Notes: generated from the sequence alone by a model not told the origin. A stretch of DNA of 64,000 nt from Candidatus Parcubacteria bacterium (GCA_003599635.1 QZIX01000009.1:66065-130064), one strand, 5' to 3'; shown: positions 20,201 through 32,633, counted from the stretch's first letter. Program-made: numbers and translations.

Positions 20201-20624
20201 ATTTTCCGGTGCTGCCGAACCTGCCTTCCTGGCGGCTGGTTTTGGAAAGGGAAGCAGAAATTTTTAATGAGGCCGATGTCACAGGCATAAGCAGCAGTTG
20301 GGCGATTTTTTGCCCTTTTTTTATATTATATGTTTTTTTGCCTAAATTTATAAGGCAGGCGTTGTATTCGCCGCGATAACCGGAATCAAACACGCCGCCA
20401 AGCGTGTGAATTTTGTTGATATTGCCAAGGCTTCCTTTATCTTTTATTAAAGCAACGTAATTTTTTGGAAATTCCAGGGCAAATCCCAGAAAAAATATTT
20501 TTGCCTGGCCTGGTTTCAAGCTGTAATTTTCAAGTGAAAATAGGTCCAGTCCCGCATCTCCGGGATGGGCATAGCAAGGAACAATGCAGTTATTCTGTAA
20601 TTTTTTTATTTTAATTTTTAACAT
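20184..20624 (-). CDS. dut: dUTP diphosphatase
   Basis: GDAGLDL, GVFDSGYRGE, KIAQL and RQEGRFGSTG. Confidence 0.95.
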   Translation of the reverse strand: MLKIKIKKLQNNCIVPCYAHPGDAGLDLFSLENYSLKPGQAKIFFLGFALEFPKNYVALIKDKGSLGNINKIHTLGGVFDSGYRGEYNACLINLGKKTYNIKKGQKIAQLLLMPVTSASLKISASLSKTSRQEGRFGSTGKYGNKK

Positions 20625-21178
20625 TGCTCTTTTATTTTGCCGACAATCTCATCGATATTTTTATAAAGATTATCCAGACTGCCGTTATTATCAATTTTAA
20701 ATTTGGCTTTTTGGGCGACTTCTCTGATGCTTTGCTCGGCTTCCGCCATACCGTCTTTATGGAACTGGTCGAAAGTTTTTTTAACATCGTCGGAATTTTC
20801 ATCGCGCCTGATAATTCTTTCGTAGCGGCTTTTTTCATCGGCGAAAATATGCACTAAATGGAAATTAGGCATTTTTTGCAGGTATTTTATATCCGGAAAG
20901 CGCCTGACGCCGTCAACGGCAATTACTGTTTTTGAGTCTTTGGCGACGTCTTTGGCAATTACCGACGCCAGCAAATCGTCGCCGAAAAGCTGCCGCAGCT
21001 GCAATGACAGCTTTTGCATATTGTTCCGGCTTTGTTCTATATAGAGTCTGTCTAAAATATCGCGCAGGATTGTCGAAAAACGGTAGACGCTGGCATGATA
21101 TTTTTCTTTTAAATATTTGCAGGCCGTTCCTTTGCCGGAAGCCAGTTCCCCGACAAAACCCAGGATAATTTTTTCCAT
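20618..21178 (-). CDS. P-loop nucleotide kinase (dephospho-CoA/dNMP kinase-like)
   Basis: GELASGKGT, VDGVRR and IDNNGSL motifs. Confidence 0.75.
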   Translation of the reverse strand: MEKIILGFVGELASGKGTACKYLKEKYHASVYRFSTILRDILDRLYIEQSRNNMQKLSLQLRQLFGDDLLASVIAKDVAKDSKTVIAVDGVRRFPDIKYLQKMPNFHLVHIFADEKSRYERIIRRDENSDDVKKTFDQFHKDGMAEAEQSIREVAQKAKFKIDNNGSLDNLYKNIDEIVGKIKEQC

Positions 21179-21221
21179 TTTATTTGGTGTAATTTTTTAA
21201 TAGTATATAGTATCTTTATAA

Positions 21222-21737
21222 CTATTTGATCACTTTGTATCTTAATTGAACGGTATTATCTCCTAGGTTACGTGATTCGATCAGTGCTAAATTTAAATCT
21301 AAATCTTGTCCTTCAGTAAAATTTAAGCCAGTGCCGAAAATTTTTGGCTCAATTGTAATTAAAATTTCATCTACTAAATTTTTTTTTAAAAAAGCGGCAT
21401 TAGTTCTTGCTCCTCCGGCTAATACGGCTGATTGAAATCCTCTTTTTTCCAACATCTGTAGAATTTCATTGGGCTGTCCGTTAACAAATTCCAGCTCTCC
21501 GGGTTTTTCTTCACCTTTAAATTTTTTTGGTGCTGAACTTAAGATAAAATTAAGTCTGCCTGGTAGGGCTTTACCGATAGCAAGGTAAGTTGCGCTGCCC
21601 ATTATAATAACGCCGTGCTTTTTTGTTTCTTCCAAAAAAGACTTTTTATCTGCCTTGGTGGTCCAATTGGCGTTATGCTGAGAATCCTTTGCGATAATAC
21701 CGTCAACTGTTTGTGCCATCATTAAAATTAATTTCAT
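21222..21737 (-). CDS. Dihydrofolate reductase family protein (RibD C-terminal type)
   Basis: AQTVDGIIA, IMGSATY, LPGRLN, GGA and LVDEI..IEP.IFG; adjacent to thyA. Confidence 0.85.
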   Translation of the reverse strand: MKLILMMAQTVDGIIAKDSQHNANWTTKADKKSFLEETKKHGVIIMGSATYLAIGKALPGRLNFILSSAPKKFKGEEKPGELEFVNGQPNEILQMLEKRGFQSAVLAGGARTNAAFLKKNLVDEILITIEPKIFGTGLNFTEGQDLDLNLALIESRNLGDNTVQLRYKVIK

Positions 21738-21739
21738 AT

Positions 21740-22612
21740 TTATACAGCGATTTCAAATTTTATTGCTGGATAGCTTTGATAATCCAGAACTTTTGTATCT
21801 TCTGCTTTCCAATTAAAAATTGAAGTAAATTTTTCCGTGGAAATTACCGGCAGAGGGTATTTTTCCGGGTCTCGTGAGAGTTGCTCTTTAGCACCATCAA
21901 TATGATTAACAAAAACATGGACATCAGCCAAAAACCCTATCAGTTTGCCCTCTTTAAGATTAGCTTCTTTGGCTAAAAGATGCAAAAGCAAAGCATAACT
22001 GGCAATATTAAACGGCAGACCTAGCATAGTGTCTACTGATCGCTGGCTCCAAAACAAATTTAGCTTGCCGTCAATTACAGTGATCTGCCATTGGTAATGG
22101 CAGGGAGGAAGTGCCATCTGCTTTATCTGCTGCGGATTCCAGGCAGACACAATCATTCTTCTATCGTTGGGATTGGTTTTTAATATTTCCAATATTGCTT
22201 TTAACTGGTCCATGCCCTTGCCGGTATAATCTGTATCGTAACTGACATAGGGCGCGTTAAAATGCCGCCACTGAAAACCATAAATTGGCCCCAGGTCTCT
22301 TTCTTTAAACATTTTTTCTTTGGTTGCAGCATCATGACCGTATGGAACTTTAACCGGACTAGCCCATTCGTCCCAAATATGATTATTGCGGTCAAGCAGC
22401 CATTGCTTGTCGGTAATTCCTTTTATAAAAAATTCTAACTCCGTTGCCACAAGGCGTAAAGGAACTTTTTTTGTAGTCAAGAGAGGAAAACCTAATGACA
22501 TATCGTGTTCAAATAATGCCCCGGCTATGGTTAAACATTCGACACCCTGGCGTGGCATTTTTTTAACACCTGTTGTTAAGACTTGGTTTACTATATTGAA
22601 ATAGGCCTTCAT
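21740..22612 (-). CDS. thyA: Thymidylate synthase
   Basis: FPLLTTKK, LGPIYGFQWR, MALPPCH and QRSVD..LGLPFNIASY. Confidence 0.98.
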   Translation of the reverse strand: MKAYFNIVNQVLTTGVKKMPRQGVECLTIAGALFEHDMSLGFPLLTTKKVPLRLVATELEFFIKGITDKQWLLDRNNHIWDEWASPVKVPYGHDAATKEKMFKERDLGPIYGFQWRHFNAPYVSYDTDYTGKGMDQLKAILEILKTNPNDRRMIVSAWNPQQIKQMALPPCHYQWQITVIDGKLNLFWSQRSVDTMLGLPFNIASYALLLHLLAKEANLKEGKLIGFLADVHVFVNHIDGAKEQLSRDPEKYPLPVISTEKFTSIFNWKAEDTKVLDYQSYPAIKFEIAV

Positions 22613-22629
22613 AAATACAGTTTATACAT

Positions 22630-23166
22630 TTAAACCTTTCCTGTCATTTTTATTTTGCCTTCATTTACTTTTTCTTGAATATCTTTAGCAAATAAGTTTT
22701 GAATTTCATGTGACCAGATAGGATTTTCTTCGTAAATTACAACTTCAATTCCTGCTTCGCGAAGATAATCAACTGACTTGTCGTTGCGATAAATTTTGCC
22801 AATAACTGCTCTTCTAATTCCGCAAGCCACTACATATTTTGCGCAGTGAATGCAAGGATTATAGAGTGAGTAAAGTGTTGAACCGGCTGTGCTGGTTGAT
22901 CCTTGGATTGCCGCTTGGAGCAAGACATTATGTTCAGCATGAATCGTACGCACACAGTGGCCGTCTTCTAGTAAGTGTCCAACATCGTCACAATGCTTTA
23001 ATCCTTTCGGTGAACCGTTATAACCTGTTGCGATTATTCTTTTATCTTTTACCAAAACCGCACCTGCATGTAAACGGTCACAGGTACTGCGAGTGGCGAC
23101 AATTTTTGCCAAAGCCATAAAATAATCATCCCAAGTAGGTCGATATTTTTTTTGATTTAAAGCCAT
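22630..23166 (-). CDS. dCMP deaminase
   Basis: RPTWDDYFM, RSTC, TGYNGSP, HAE and PCxxC motifs. Confidence 0.93.
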   Translation of the reverse strand: MALNQKKYRPTWDDYFMALAKIVATRSTCDRLHAGAVLVKDKRIIATGYNGSPKGLKHCDDVGHLLEDGHCVRTIHAEHNVLLQAAIQGSTSTAGSTLYSLYNPCIHCAKYVVACGIRRAVIGKIYRNDKSVDYLREAGIEVVIYEENPIWSHEIQNLFAKDIQEKVNEGKIKMTGKV

Positions 23167-23434
23167 AAGTTAGTTGTAATTAGTATTTATAGCAGTAATA
23201 ATCTTAACAAAAAAAACTGTCGTAAGCAAACTAAACAAGAAAACCTATCCGCCTTTTTATTTTTGAATCCGAACCGGAAATTGTTCAAAAAATTGAGGGT
23301 TTACAGGAATTGCTCAATTACTGCGCAAAATTTCAAAGGTTGGAAAATTTTTTTATTCCTTTTTAATTATGGCCCGGCCCTCTTTTTTAAGATATGACTT
23401 TGAATTTCGGCCAATGCGTATTGTTTGCAAACAG

Positions 23435-23470
23435 TAAACAGTATGATAATATGTACTATCATACTGTTTA
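23435..23470. promoter_or_regulatory. Perfect 14-8-14 inverted repeat (operator or recombination site)
   Basis: TAAACAGTATGATA-ATATGTAC-TATCATACTGTTTA. Confidence 0.55.
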
Positions 23471-23503
23471 ATTAATGGGAGATTTTTGGTATCATTCGGT
23501 ATC

Positions 23504-23533
23504 AAAAAGACGACACTGACGTGTCGTCTTTTT
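23504..23533. terminator. Intrinsic terminator after rplA
   Basis: AAAAAGACGACAC-TGAC-GTGTCGTCTTTTT. Confidence 0.85.
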
Positions 23534-23550
23534 ATTAAAAATTTAAATCA

Positions 23551-24234
23551 TTATTCCACAGATATTTTTATACCCGGTCCCATAGTGGCGTTGATACTGA
23601 CATTGGCAAGGTAATTTCCCTTAATGCCCGATGGTTTGGCTTTTTTTACGGCATCATATAGCGCTTTGAAATTTTCTTCCAATTTTTGGTTTTCAAACGA
23701 GGTTTTGCCGAATATCTGATGTATGTTTCCCGTATCGTCATTTTTAAAATTTACTTTTCCGCCTTTAAGCTGCGCGACGGCTTTTTTAATGTCCTTGGCG
23801 ACAGTTTCGTTTTTCGGAGAAGGCATTAAGCCTTTGGGCCCTAAAATTTTGGCGATAACAGCCAGGTCTTTCATCAATTCCGGTTCTGCCACGGCGACTT
23901 CAAATTCTATTTTTTGCGTGGTTTTGATTTTATCAATCAGCTCTTTCCCGCCGACCAAGTCAGCTCCCGCTTCCTTGGCTGCGGCTTCGGATTTGGAAGT
24001 TACAAAAGCCGCCACTTTTTTAGTTTTACCGGTACCGTGGGGCAGAATAACGCCTCCTCGGACCTGCTGTTCGCCTTTTGACGCATCAATGTTCAGACGA
24101 AAATGTGCTTCCAGGGAAGAATCAAATTTTGTCCTGGCGGTTTTTTTGGCCAATAGGATCGCTTCGGAAAGTTTGTAGACCTTATCGGGGTCAACCAATT
24201 TTTTTAATTCAATGTATCTTTTTGATCTGGGCAT
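23551..24234 (-). CDS. rplA: 50S ribosomal protein L1
   Basis: KFDSSLE, LPHGTGK and LGPKGLMPSPK. Confidence 0.98.
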   Translation of the reverse strand: MPRSKRYIELKKLVDPDKVYKLSEAILLAKKTARTKFDSSLEAHFRLNIDASKGEQQVRGGVILPHGTGKTKKVAAFVTSKSEAAAKEAGADLVGGKELIDKIKTTQKIEFEVAVAEPELMKDLAVIAKILGPKGLMPSPKNETVAKDIKKAVAQLKGGKVNFKNDDTGNIHQIFGKTSFENQKLEENFKALYDAVKKAKPSGIKGNYLANVSINATMGPGIKISVE

Positions 24235-24249
24235 AAAAAAATTCTTTGC

Positions 24250-24285
24250 GTGGTTCTAGCGCCCCCTGACTAAAGGAACTCCCAC
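24250..24285 (-). promoter_or_regulatory. Putative L1 autoregulatory binding site
   Basis: GTGGGAG-stem-GCGCTAGAACCAC upstream of rplA, resembling the L1 mRNA site. Confidence 0.65.
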
Positions 24286-24333
24286 AAAAAGTTTATTATT
24301 AAACGTCAACTGTCATTAAACAGTCAACTTTTT

Positions 24334-24759
24334 TTATTCAGTAACCTCTAATCCCATCTGCCTGGCCGTACCTTCTATTATCTTACAGGCGGCATCAATG
24401 TCTTTGGCATTCAGGTCGGGCATTTTTTTCTCGGCTATCTCTTTAATCTGGGCTTTGGTAACCTTGCCGACTTTTTCAGTCAGCGGCTTACCCGAACCCT
24501 TCTGGATTTTAGCGGCTTTTTTCAAAAGTTCCGCTGCGGGCGGAGTTTTTAAAATGAAACTATAAGTTCTGTCTTCAAAAACAGTTATTTCGGCCGGGAT
24601 AATGTCGCCCATCATCTGTTTGGTTTTTTCATTGAATTTGGAACAAAATTCGGCAATGTTTAAGCCGTGTTGTCCCAAAGCCGGACCGACCGGGGGAGCC
24701 GGCGTGGCCTGTCCTGCCGGAAGCTGCAGTTTGATTATTGTTTTTATCTTTTTAGCCAT
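24334..24759 (-). CDS. rplK: 50S ribosomal protein L11
   Basis: [15 protein letters not shown]. Confidence 0.98.
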   Translation of the reverse strand: MAKKIKTIIKLQLPAGQATPAPPVGPALGQHGLNIAEFCSKFNEKTKQMMGDIIPAEITVFEDRTYSFILKTPPAAELLKKAAKIQKGSGKPLTEKVGKVTKAQIKEIAEKKMPDLNAKDIDAACKIIEGTARQMGLEVTE

Positions 24760-24873
24760 AAGTGTTTTAAGCCTAAATTCTAATTTCTAAATTCTAGATT
24801 ATTTTAGTACTTTTGGGGATTTTGTCAATTACCATCAGCTTTTTTCATAAGCCGTCTGCCGTTAAATCTAATT

Positions 24874-25419
24874 TTAAATCTTTTTCACCTGCAAAAAGTC
24901 AAGTTCAACCGGCGTTTCACGGCCGAACATGGACACCAATACCTTTATTTTGCCTCTGGCGTCGTCAACGTGCGATACTTTGCCTTCGTAACCTTTAAAC
25001 GGTCCGTCAATGATTCTTACCGGCGCGCCTACGGAAACATCAATGGTGTATTTCGGCTCCTCAACTCCCATCCTTTTTTGCAGATTTTTGATTTCTTCTT
25101 CGGAAATGGGGGTAGGCGTGGTGGCCGTGCCGATAAACCCGGTTACATTGGGAGTGTTGCGGACGACATACCAGGAACTGTCATCAACCACCATTTCAAC
25201 AAGTACATAACCCGGAAAAATTTTTTCGGTCACTATTTTTCGTTTACCGTTTTTAATCTTTATCTTTTTTTCAGTGGGAATTAAAACGTTGAATATTTTT
25301 TCTTCCATATCCATTGATTCAATTCTTTGCTCCAGATTTTTTTTGACATTTTCTTCGTAGCCGGAGTATGTGTGAATAACGTACCAGCGCCTGCCTCTTT
25401 GAACAACTTGTTTTGGCAT
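24874..25419 (-). CDS. nusG: Transcription factor NusG
   Basis: WYVIHTYSGYE, FPGYVLV, KOW domain and MFGRETPVEL. Confidence 0.98.
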   Translation of the reverse strand: MPKQVVQRGRRWYVIHTYSGYEENVKKNLEQRIESMDMEEKIFNVLIPTEKKIKIKNGKRKIVTEKIFPGYVLVEMVVDDSSWYVVRNTPNVTGFIGTATTPTPISEEEIKNLQKRMGVEEPKYTIDVSVGAPVRIIDGPFKGYEGKVSHVDDARGKIKVLVSMFGRETPVELDFLQVKKI

Positions 25420-25446
25420 ATGTTTAGGTGATTATTTGCGTCAGTT

Positions 25447-25641
25447 TTATATGTTTAAAATTTGTTCAAAACCTAACGTTAAAATGTAATCGACTAGCCC
25501 CAAAAATAAAGCCACGCCTAAACTGATACCGATGACAAGCAGCGTATGATTCAAAGTTTCCTTTTTGCTCGGCCAGATGACTTTTTTCAATTCAGTGCGT
25601 GATTGTTTGATGTAAGTGGAAATTTTATTGATAATACTCAT
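25447..25641 (-). CDS. secE: Preprotein translocase SecE
   Basis: ELKKVIWPSKKE + TM; promoter TTGACA-17-TATAAT at 25736-25708. Confidence 0.95.
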   Translation of the reverse strand: MSIINKISTYIKQSRTELKKVIWPSKKETLNHTLLVIGISLGVALFLGLVDYILTLGFEQILNI

Positions 25642-25816
25642 ATTTTCTTAAATTTAGTAATTTTTGAATCTTAAAAAGCCCCGAAGGGACTTTTGATTTA
25701 TAGTTTTATTATAGAAAAGACAGTTTATTTTGTCAAGGGCTTGACGTCCGTTTATTTTTAATTATAGAGTGGGGGTAATGGTTTTTTGAATTTTGGGGGA
25801 CCAAGGAGGTAAGAGT

Positions 25817-25975
25817 ATGGCAGCAGAAAAAAAAAGTGTTCCGGCATCGAAGAATCCTGAAACCGGTAAGAATCCTGTTTCAAACCAAAGTCTGAGGATG
25901 CCGAAGCAATCAATGCAACCGCAACCGCGCAAATTGCGGACGACTATTTTCGGACCTCCCAATAACATGGGTTAA
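25817..25975 (+). CDS. 52-aa orphan protein
   Basis: AAGGAGG SD, upstream TTGACG promoter, downstream hairpin + T-run. Confidence 0.6.
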   Translation: MAAEKKSVPASKNPETGKNPVSNQSLRMPKQSMQPQPRKLRTTIFGPPNNMG

Positions 25976-26214
25976 TCAACTCGGACAACTCGGACTCGGA
26001 AATTTCATTTTTCCGAGTCCTTTTTTAACTATACTTCTGGATTTCGGAACAGAAAATGTAATTTTTATTATAGTTTATTCTTCTCGATTTGACAAAATTT
26101 AGCAAAAGTGATATTATCATTTAAAATATTTAGAACTTTACTAATTTAATCCAAAAAGAAAGGAGGGATGCAATATTTGCGGTTGGTACGGAAAGTAAGA
26201 AAGGAGAAAAGAGT

Positions 26215-26667
26215 ATGAAGAGTACCACAATAATGTTGTTCTTGGCCATGGCCATATCGGCGATAGCGATAGCTTTTTTCCCGAACATCGCCGTGGCGCA
26301 CCACGCGTTGGTGTCACAATTGGCAATGTCTGCAGAAGATTCACCGGCCGCCGAAAGTTCATATTTATGTGAAGAACTCGAAAGCGAAGGGAAGCCCATC
26401 GTGGTGGCCGAATGTTCCGGCGATTACCCCCTTCTTTTTCGCCAGTCGGCGTCCATCGTTCAGGGATTGATTGACCGGACCGATATGAGACCCATCGATA
26501 TGATGAAGAGCGAATGCGTTCGACTAGGCGGCCAGGTTCCCGAACCTTATTTATGGATAGTGCACATCACCAAGGCCGGGCAGGCGGCAGAAGACGCAGA
26601 GACGCAAAGAAAGTGCACCGGTGCTTCCGGAATTCACGCGGCCGGGGATCAGCTGATCCTCGGATAA
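26215..26667 (+). CDS. Orphan secreted protein
   Basis: Signal-peptide-like N-terminus, AAGGAG SD, TTGACA-17-TATTAT (26089-26117). Confidence 0.65.
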   Translation: MKSTTIMLFLAMAISAIAIAFFPNIAVAHHALVSQLAMSAEDSPAAESSYLCEELESEGKPIVVAECSGDYPLLFRQSASIVQGLIDRTDMRPIDMMKSECVRLGGQVPEPYLWIVHITKAGQAAEDAETQRKCTGASGIHAAGDQLILG

Positions 26668-26815
26668 ACCGGCGCCACCGAAAAGTAGGCATGAATCATT
26701 CCCCCAGAGTTAAGCTACTTCCAAAAGGAAGAGCAAAACTGTAATCTGGGGGTTTTTGCTTTTTAAGATTTTTTAATGGCTTCAAGAATTTTTTTCTTGT
26801 TTTGAAATGGCAATA

Positions 26816-27178
26816 TCAATCGAGCTGAAAACGAAATCCAAGTATGCCGAATCTGATCAAAGCCAGAATCAGCAGGGTATATATTATGGAAGTAATTAAA
26901 ATTTTAACCATTTCTTTTTTTGTTTTTTTCTTGTCCGCTCCAACTAGCATGTCTTTAGCGCCTAAATGCATCAGCAAAAAACCCAAAACATTGGTCAGCC
27001 AATAAGAAATTATTATCATCGGAGTAAAAAGTTTTTCCGAAATCAGGCTGAAAAGCCAGCCGAAAAAAAAGGCAATCGGCAGATTGATAAAGGCGTCATT
27101 CCACCACGACAGTGGAGATAAAAAAAAGCCGATCGTAAAAAGAATCCCGCCTTTTATTTTTTTTCCGGCATTAGCCAT
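26816..27178 (-). CDS. Hypothetical membrane protein
   Basis: Three hydrophobic segments; LSPLSWWND motif. Confidence 0.8.
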   Translation of the reverse strand: MANAGKKIKGGILFTIGFFLSPLSWWNDAFINLPIAFFFGWLFSLISEKLFTPMIIISYWLTNVLGFLLMHLGAKDMLVGADKKKTKKEMVKILITSIIYTLLILALIRFGILGFRFQLD

Positions 27179-27316
27179 AATTTTATTATAGCATAATTAG
27201 CATTAGCCAGCCGTGATTTTAGAACCCGGGAAGTGGGTATTTAGTTGATTAAAAAACCGGCCGATAAAGCCGGTTAATTTAATAATTGAATATTTGTTGT
27301 CAATACGTAAATTATA

Positions 27317-29383
<2,067 letters not shown>

Positions 29384-29558
29384 TTAAAATTTTTCACTAT
29401 TTTTAGCTAATTTTATATAAAAAATTGCAATTTATTCTAGTTTATAATGCCTTTATATAATAGCACATTTGAACAAGGATTTCAACTTTATTTCTTTTTG
29501 AGTCATTTTAAAAATTAAGTCTGATATGTTATGCTAAAGAATAATAAATATTTTACTT

Positions 29559-30422
29559 ATGTTAAAACAATCTGAAGGCAGTCAGCTGTCCGGATGGCAG
29601 TTAAAATTGGGCTACTGGTATGTAAGCAATAAGCTTAGGATTAAAAAAATTTTTATTATTTTATTGATTGTCCTGGATGTTTTGTTGCTTGGAATTTCTG
29701 CTATTTATGCGGTCGTTCTTCTATTGATTCAGGCAGAGCCGCACAGCTTGATGTTAAAAGAATTAAACAAAGATCTGGTAAATTACAATTTTTTTCATGA
29801 AAAAAACAAGCTGCAAAATATTGAACAGCTGGCTCTTGAGGTGATTCGTTCTTCCAACGGCAAATATGACCTGGCGGCGGTAATAAGAAATCCGAATAAA
29901 GAATGGCAGATAGAAAATTTTCATTACCAGTTTGTTTCCGGAGCTGATGTCATTTCCGAAGGCAACAGTTTTATATTGCCCGGACAAGAAAAATATATTG
30001 CCGCTTTTGGCGTGGAGAAAAAATTTTCCCCGGGCGATTTGATGATAAGCGTATCCGATATAAACTGGCGTCGCATTGATGATTTTCAGAAAATTTCGTC
30101 AGAAAAAATGAAATTCGAATTTAATGATATAAATTTTTTACCTGCCGGCAAATTAAGCTCCAGCGGCAGATATAACGTGAGTCAGAGCCGTTTTCAAGTC
30201 AAAAATAATTCCGCCTATAATTTTTGGCTGGTGGGATTTTATGTCGTCCTTTATTCCGGCAGCAATATATCAGGCATAAGTTTTTTGAATTTAGAAGATT
30301 TTTCTTCATTGGAAACAAAGTCAGCTTCAGTAAACTGGGATTATCCCTTGCCGACCATAACCAAAACCGAAATCGTGCCGGAAATAAATATTTTAGACCA
30401 GTCGGTTTTCCGGAAAAACTAA
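29559..30422 (+). CDS. Membrane-anchored hypothetical protein (FxLYD-like Ig domains)
   Basis: N-terminal TM; NPN...FILPGQEKY pattern. Confidence 0.7.
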   Translation: MLKQSEGSQLSGWQLKLGYWYVSNKLRIKKIFIILLIVLDVLLLGISAIYAVVLLLIQAEPHSLMLKELNKDLVNYNFFHEKNKLQNIEQLALEVIRSSNGKYDLAAVIRNPNKEWQIENFHYQFVSGADVISEGNSFILPGQEKYIAAFGVEKKFSPGDLMISVSDINWRRIDDFQKISSEKMKFEFNDINFLPAGKLSSSGRYNVSQSRFQVKNNSAYNFWLVGFYVVLYSGSNISGISFLNLEDFSSLETKSASVNWDYPLPTITKTEIVPEINILDQSVFRKN

Positions 30423-30471
30423 TAATTTAAAATTTAACTGGCAGCGTTATTTTTTTATTACACAAACACTT

Positions 30472-31188
30472 ATGGAATTGATAAAAGTAGTCGATTTAAA
30501 AAAACAATACGGAGAAGCCATAGTGACGCCGGTACTTTTCGGGCTTAATTTTAAAATTAACGCCGGAGAATTTGTGGCTATTATGGGTCCGTCCGGTTCG
30601 GGTAAATCGACTTTGATGCACATTCTTGGCTTTCTTGACACGGCAACTTCGGGAAAATACCTTTTTGCTGGCGAAAATGTTTCTGAATTTGATGATGACA
30701 AACTTGCCCGTAACCGCAATCAGAAAGTCGGTTTTGTTTTTCAGGCTTTTAATCTACTTCCCAGGACAACGGTTTTTGAAAACGTAAAACTGCCGCTGGT
30801 TTATTCGGATATTGCCGGTGAAAAAGAAAAAAAAGAAAAAACAGACACTGCCATTAAATCAGTTAATCTTGAGCACAGGTCCGATTATAGGACCAGCCAG
30901 CTTTCGGGCGGTGAAAAACAGCGGGTGGCCATAGCCAGGGCCTTGGTAAATGACCCGGCAGTAATTTTTGCCGATGAACCGACTGGTAATTTGGACAGTA
31001 AATCCGGATCGCAAATTATGGAGATTCTGGAAAAATTGAATAATAACGGCAAAACCATAATTTTAGTAACTCACGAACATGATACGGCCAGGCATGCCAA
31101 AAGGATAATCCATTTAAAAGACGGAAGAATAATTTCCGATGAAATGGTCGCCGACCGGAAAAAAGCGTCCGACGGGCTTTTTAAATAA
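30472..31188 (+). CDS. ABC transporter ATP-binding protein (MacB/LolD-like)
   Basis: [23 protein letters not shown] and DEPTGNLD. Confidence 0.95.
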   Translation: MELIKVVDLKKQYGEAIVTPVLFGLNFKINAGEFVAIMGPSGSGKSTLMHILGFLDTATSGKYLFAGENVSEFDDDKLARNRNQKVGFVFQAFNLLPRTTVFENVKLPLVYSDIAGEKEKKEKTDTAIKSVNLEHRSDYRTSQLSGGEKQRVAIARALVNDPAVIFADEPTGNLDSKSGSQIMEILEKLNNNGKTIILVTHEHDTARHAKRIIHLKDGRIISDEMVADRKKASDGLFK

Positions 31189-31236
31189 GCTGTCAGGATA
31201 CCAAGAAATGAACGGGCGGAATTTATTATACAAGCA

Positions 31237-32478
31237 ATGACCCTTTACTATACTATAAAAGATTCGCTGGAAAATTTAAGAACAAATAAGATCCGCACCT
31301 TTCTTACTCTTTTAGGAATGGTGATCGGCATTTCTTCGGTTATCATTATTATGTCGGTGGGCGCCGGAGCGCAGAGTCTGATTTTAAATCAGATAAAGGG
31401 GGTCGGTTCGAATCTGATAGCCGTGTTTCCTGGAGCTTCGGATGAAAACGGTCCGCCGGCAGCGGTTATGGGAATAACTGTTACAACGCTTAAATACGAG
31501 GATTCGCTGGCTTTAATGGAAAAATCAAATGTTACTCATATAATCGATGCCGCGGCATATGTCCGGGGAACGGCAACTATTTCCTGGCAGAACAGAAACA
31601 CCGATACTTCCTTTAACGGAACGACTTATAATTACAATTCTGTTGAAGACGCCGAAGTGGAGCTAGGAAGATTTTTTTCATTTGACGAGGAAAAATCACT
31701 GGCCAGAGTCGTGGTCCTGGGCAGCCAGGTCGCCGATGATCTTTTTTTGGGAGCCGATCCTTTAGGCGAGAATGTAAAAATTAAAAAAGAAATGTTCAAG
31801 GTTATCGGAGTAATGAAAAAAAGGGGTGTGGTAAGCTTTCAAAATCAGGATGATCAGGTTTTTATTCCGCTGACAACCGCCCAGAAGATACTCCTGGGAA
31901 TAAACCACGTATCGTTTATAAGAGCCAAGATAGACGACGAAAAAAACATCGAACAGACAAAGGAAGAAATTGCCCTGACATTAAGGGAACGGCATAACAT
32001 TTCCGATCCTTCACAGGACGATTTTTCCGTGCGCAGCGCCAATCAGGCAATGGATGTTTTAAAAACCGTGACTTCGGCATTAAGCTATTTTTTGGCGGCA
32101 ATAGCCGCTTTGTCATTAATTGTTGGCGGTGTGGGGATTATGAATATTATGCTGGTGGCGGTAAATGAAAGAATCAAGGAAATCGGATTGCGAAAAGCAA
32201 TCGGTGCGCGACCCAAAAATATAATGATGCAATTCCTTACGGAAACAGTGGTTATTTCTTTAAGCGGCGGTATTGCAGGAGTAATAGTGGGAGCATTGGT
32301 ATCCTTTGCCATTGCCTTTACTGCCAAAATTTTAAATTACGACTGGGATCTGATAATAAGCGTATTTTCGCTGATTCTGGCAACGGGATTTTCCGTTTTG
32401 GTCGGATTGGTCTTCGGCATTTATCCGTCATTCAGGGCGGCGAAAATGGATCCTATTGAAGCTTTAAGATATGAATGA
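31237..32478 (+). CDS. ABC transporter permease (MacB/FtsX family)
   Basis: NKIRTFLTLLG, GGVGIMNIM, ERIKEIGLRKA and DPIEALRYE. Confidence 0.95.
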   Translation: MTLYYTIKDSLENLRTNKIRTFLTLLGMVIGISSVIIIMSVGAGAQSLILNQIKGVGSNLIAVFPGASDENGPPAAVMGITVTTLKYEDSLALMEKSNVTHIIDAAAYVRGTATISWQNRNTDTSFNGTTYNYNSVEDAEVELGRFFSFDEEKSLARVVVLGSQVADDLFLGADPLGENVKIKKEMFKVIGVMKKRGVVSFQNQDDQVFIPLTTAQKILLGINHVSFIRAKIDDEKNIEQTKEEIALTLRERHNISDPSQDDFSVRSANQAMDVLKTVTSALSYFLAAIAALSLIVGGVGIMNIMLVAVNERIKEIGLRKAIGARPKNIMMQFLTETVVISLSGGIAGVIVGALVSFAIAFTAKILNYDWDLIISVFSLILATGFSVLVGLVFGIYPSFRAAKMDPIEALRYE

Positions 32479-32522
32479 AAAAGCACTCCCGCGGTGGAGA
32501 GTGCTGGTTTATTTGTTTTGAC

Positions 32523-32633
32523 TCATTTTTTTATTAAGTCATACCAACCGCAAATAATCAGGTAAATTGCGGTCGGAAGTCCAAAGCATAATAATATTGT
32601 TAATTTCAACATTAATACATTGTCCATGTCCAT
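32523..32633 (-). CDS. 36-aa single-TM microprotein
   Basis: MDMDNVLMLKLTILLCFGLPTAIYLIICGWYDLIKK*; AAAGGA SD, TTGACT-17-TATATA promoter, GCTCTTTATAA motif, downstream hairpin. Confidence 0.6.
   Translation of the reverse strand: MDMDNVLMLKLTILLCFGLPTAIYLIICGWYDLIKK

Noticed and set aside
32480-32507. Second CIRCE (AGCACTC...GAGTGCT)
   Set aside because: Spacer is 10 nt and the outer TT/AA bases are missing; it fits a terminator between convergent genes
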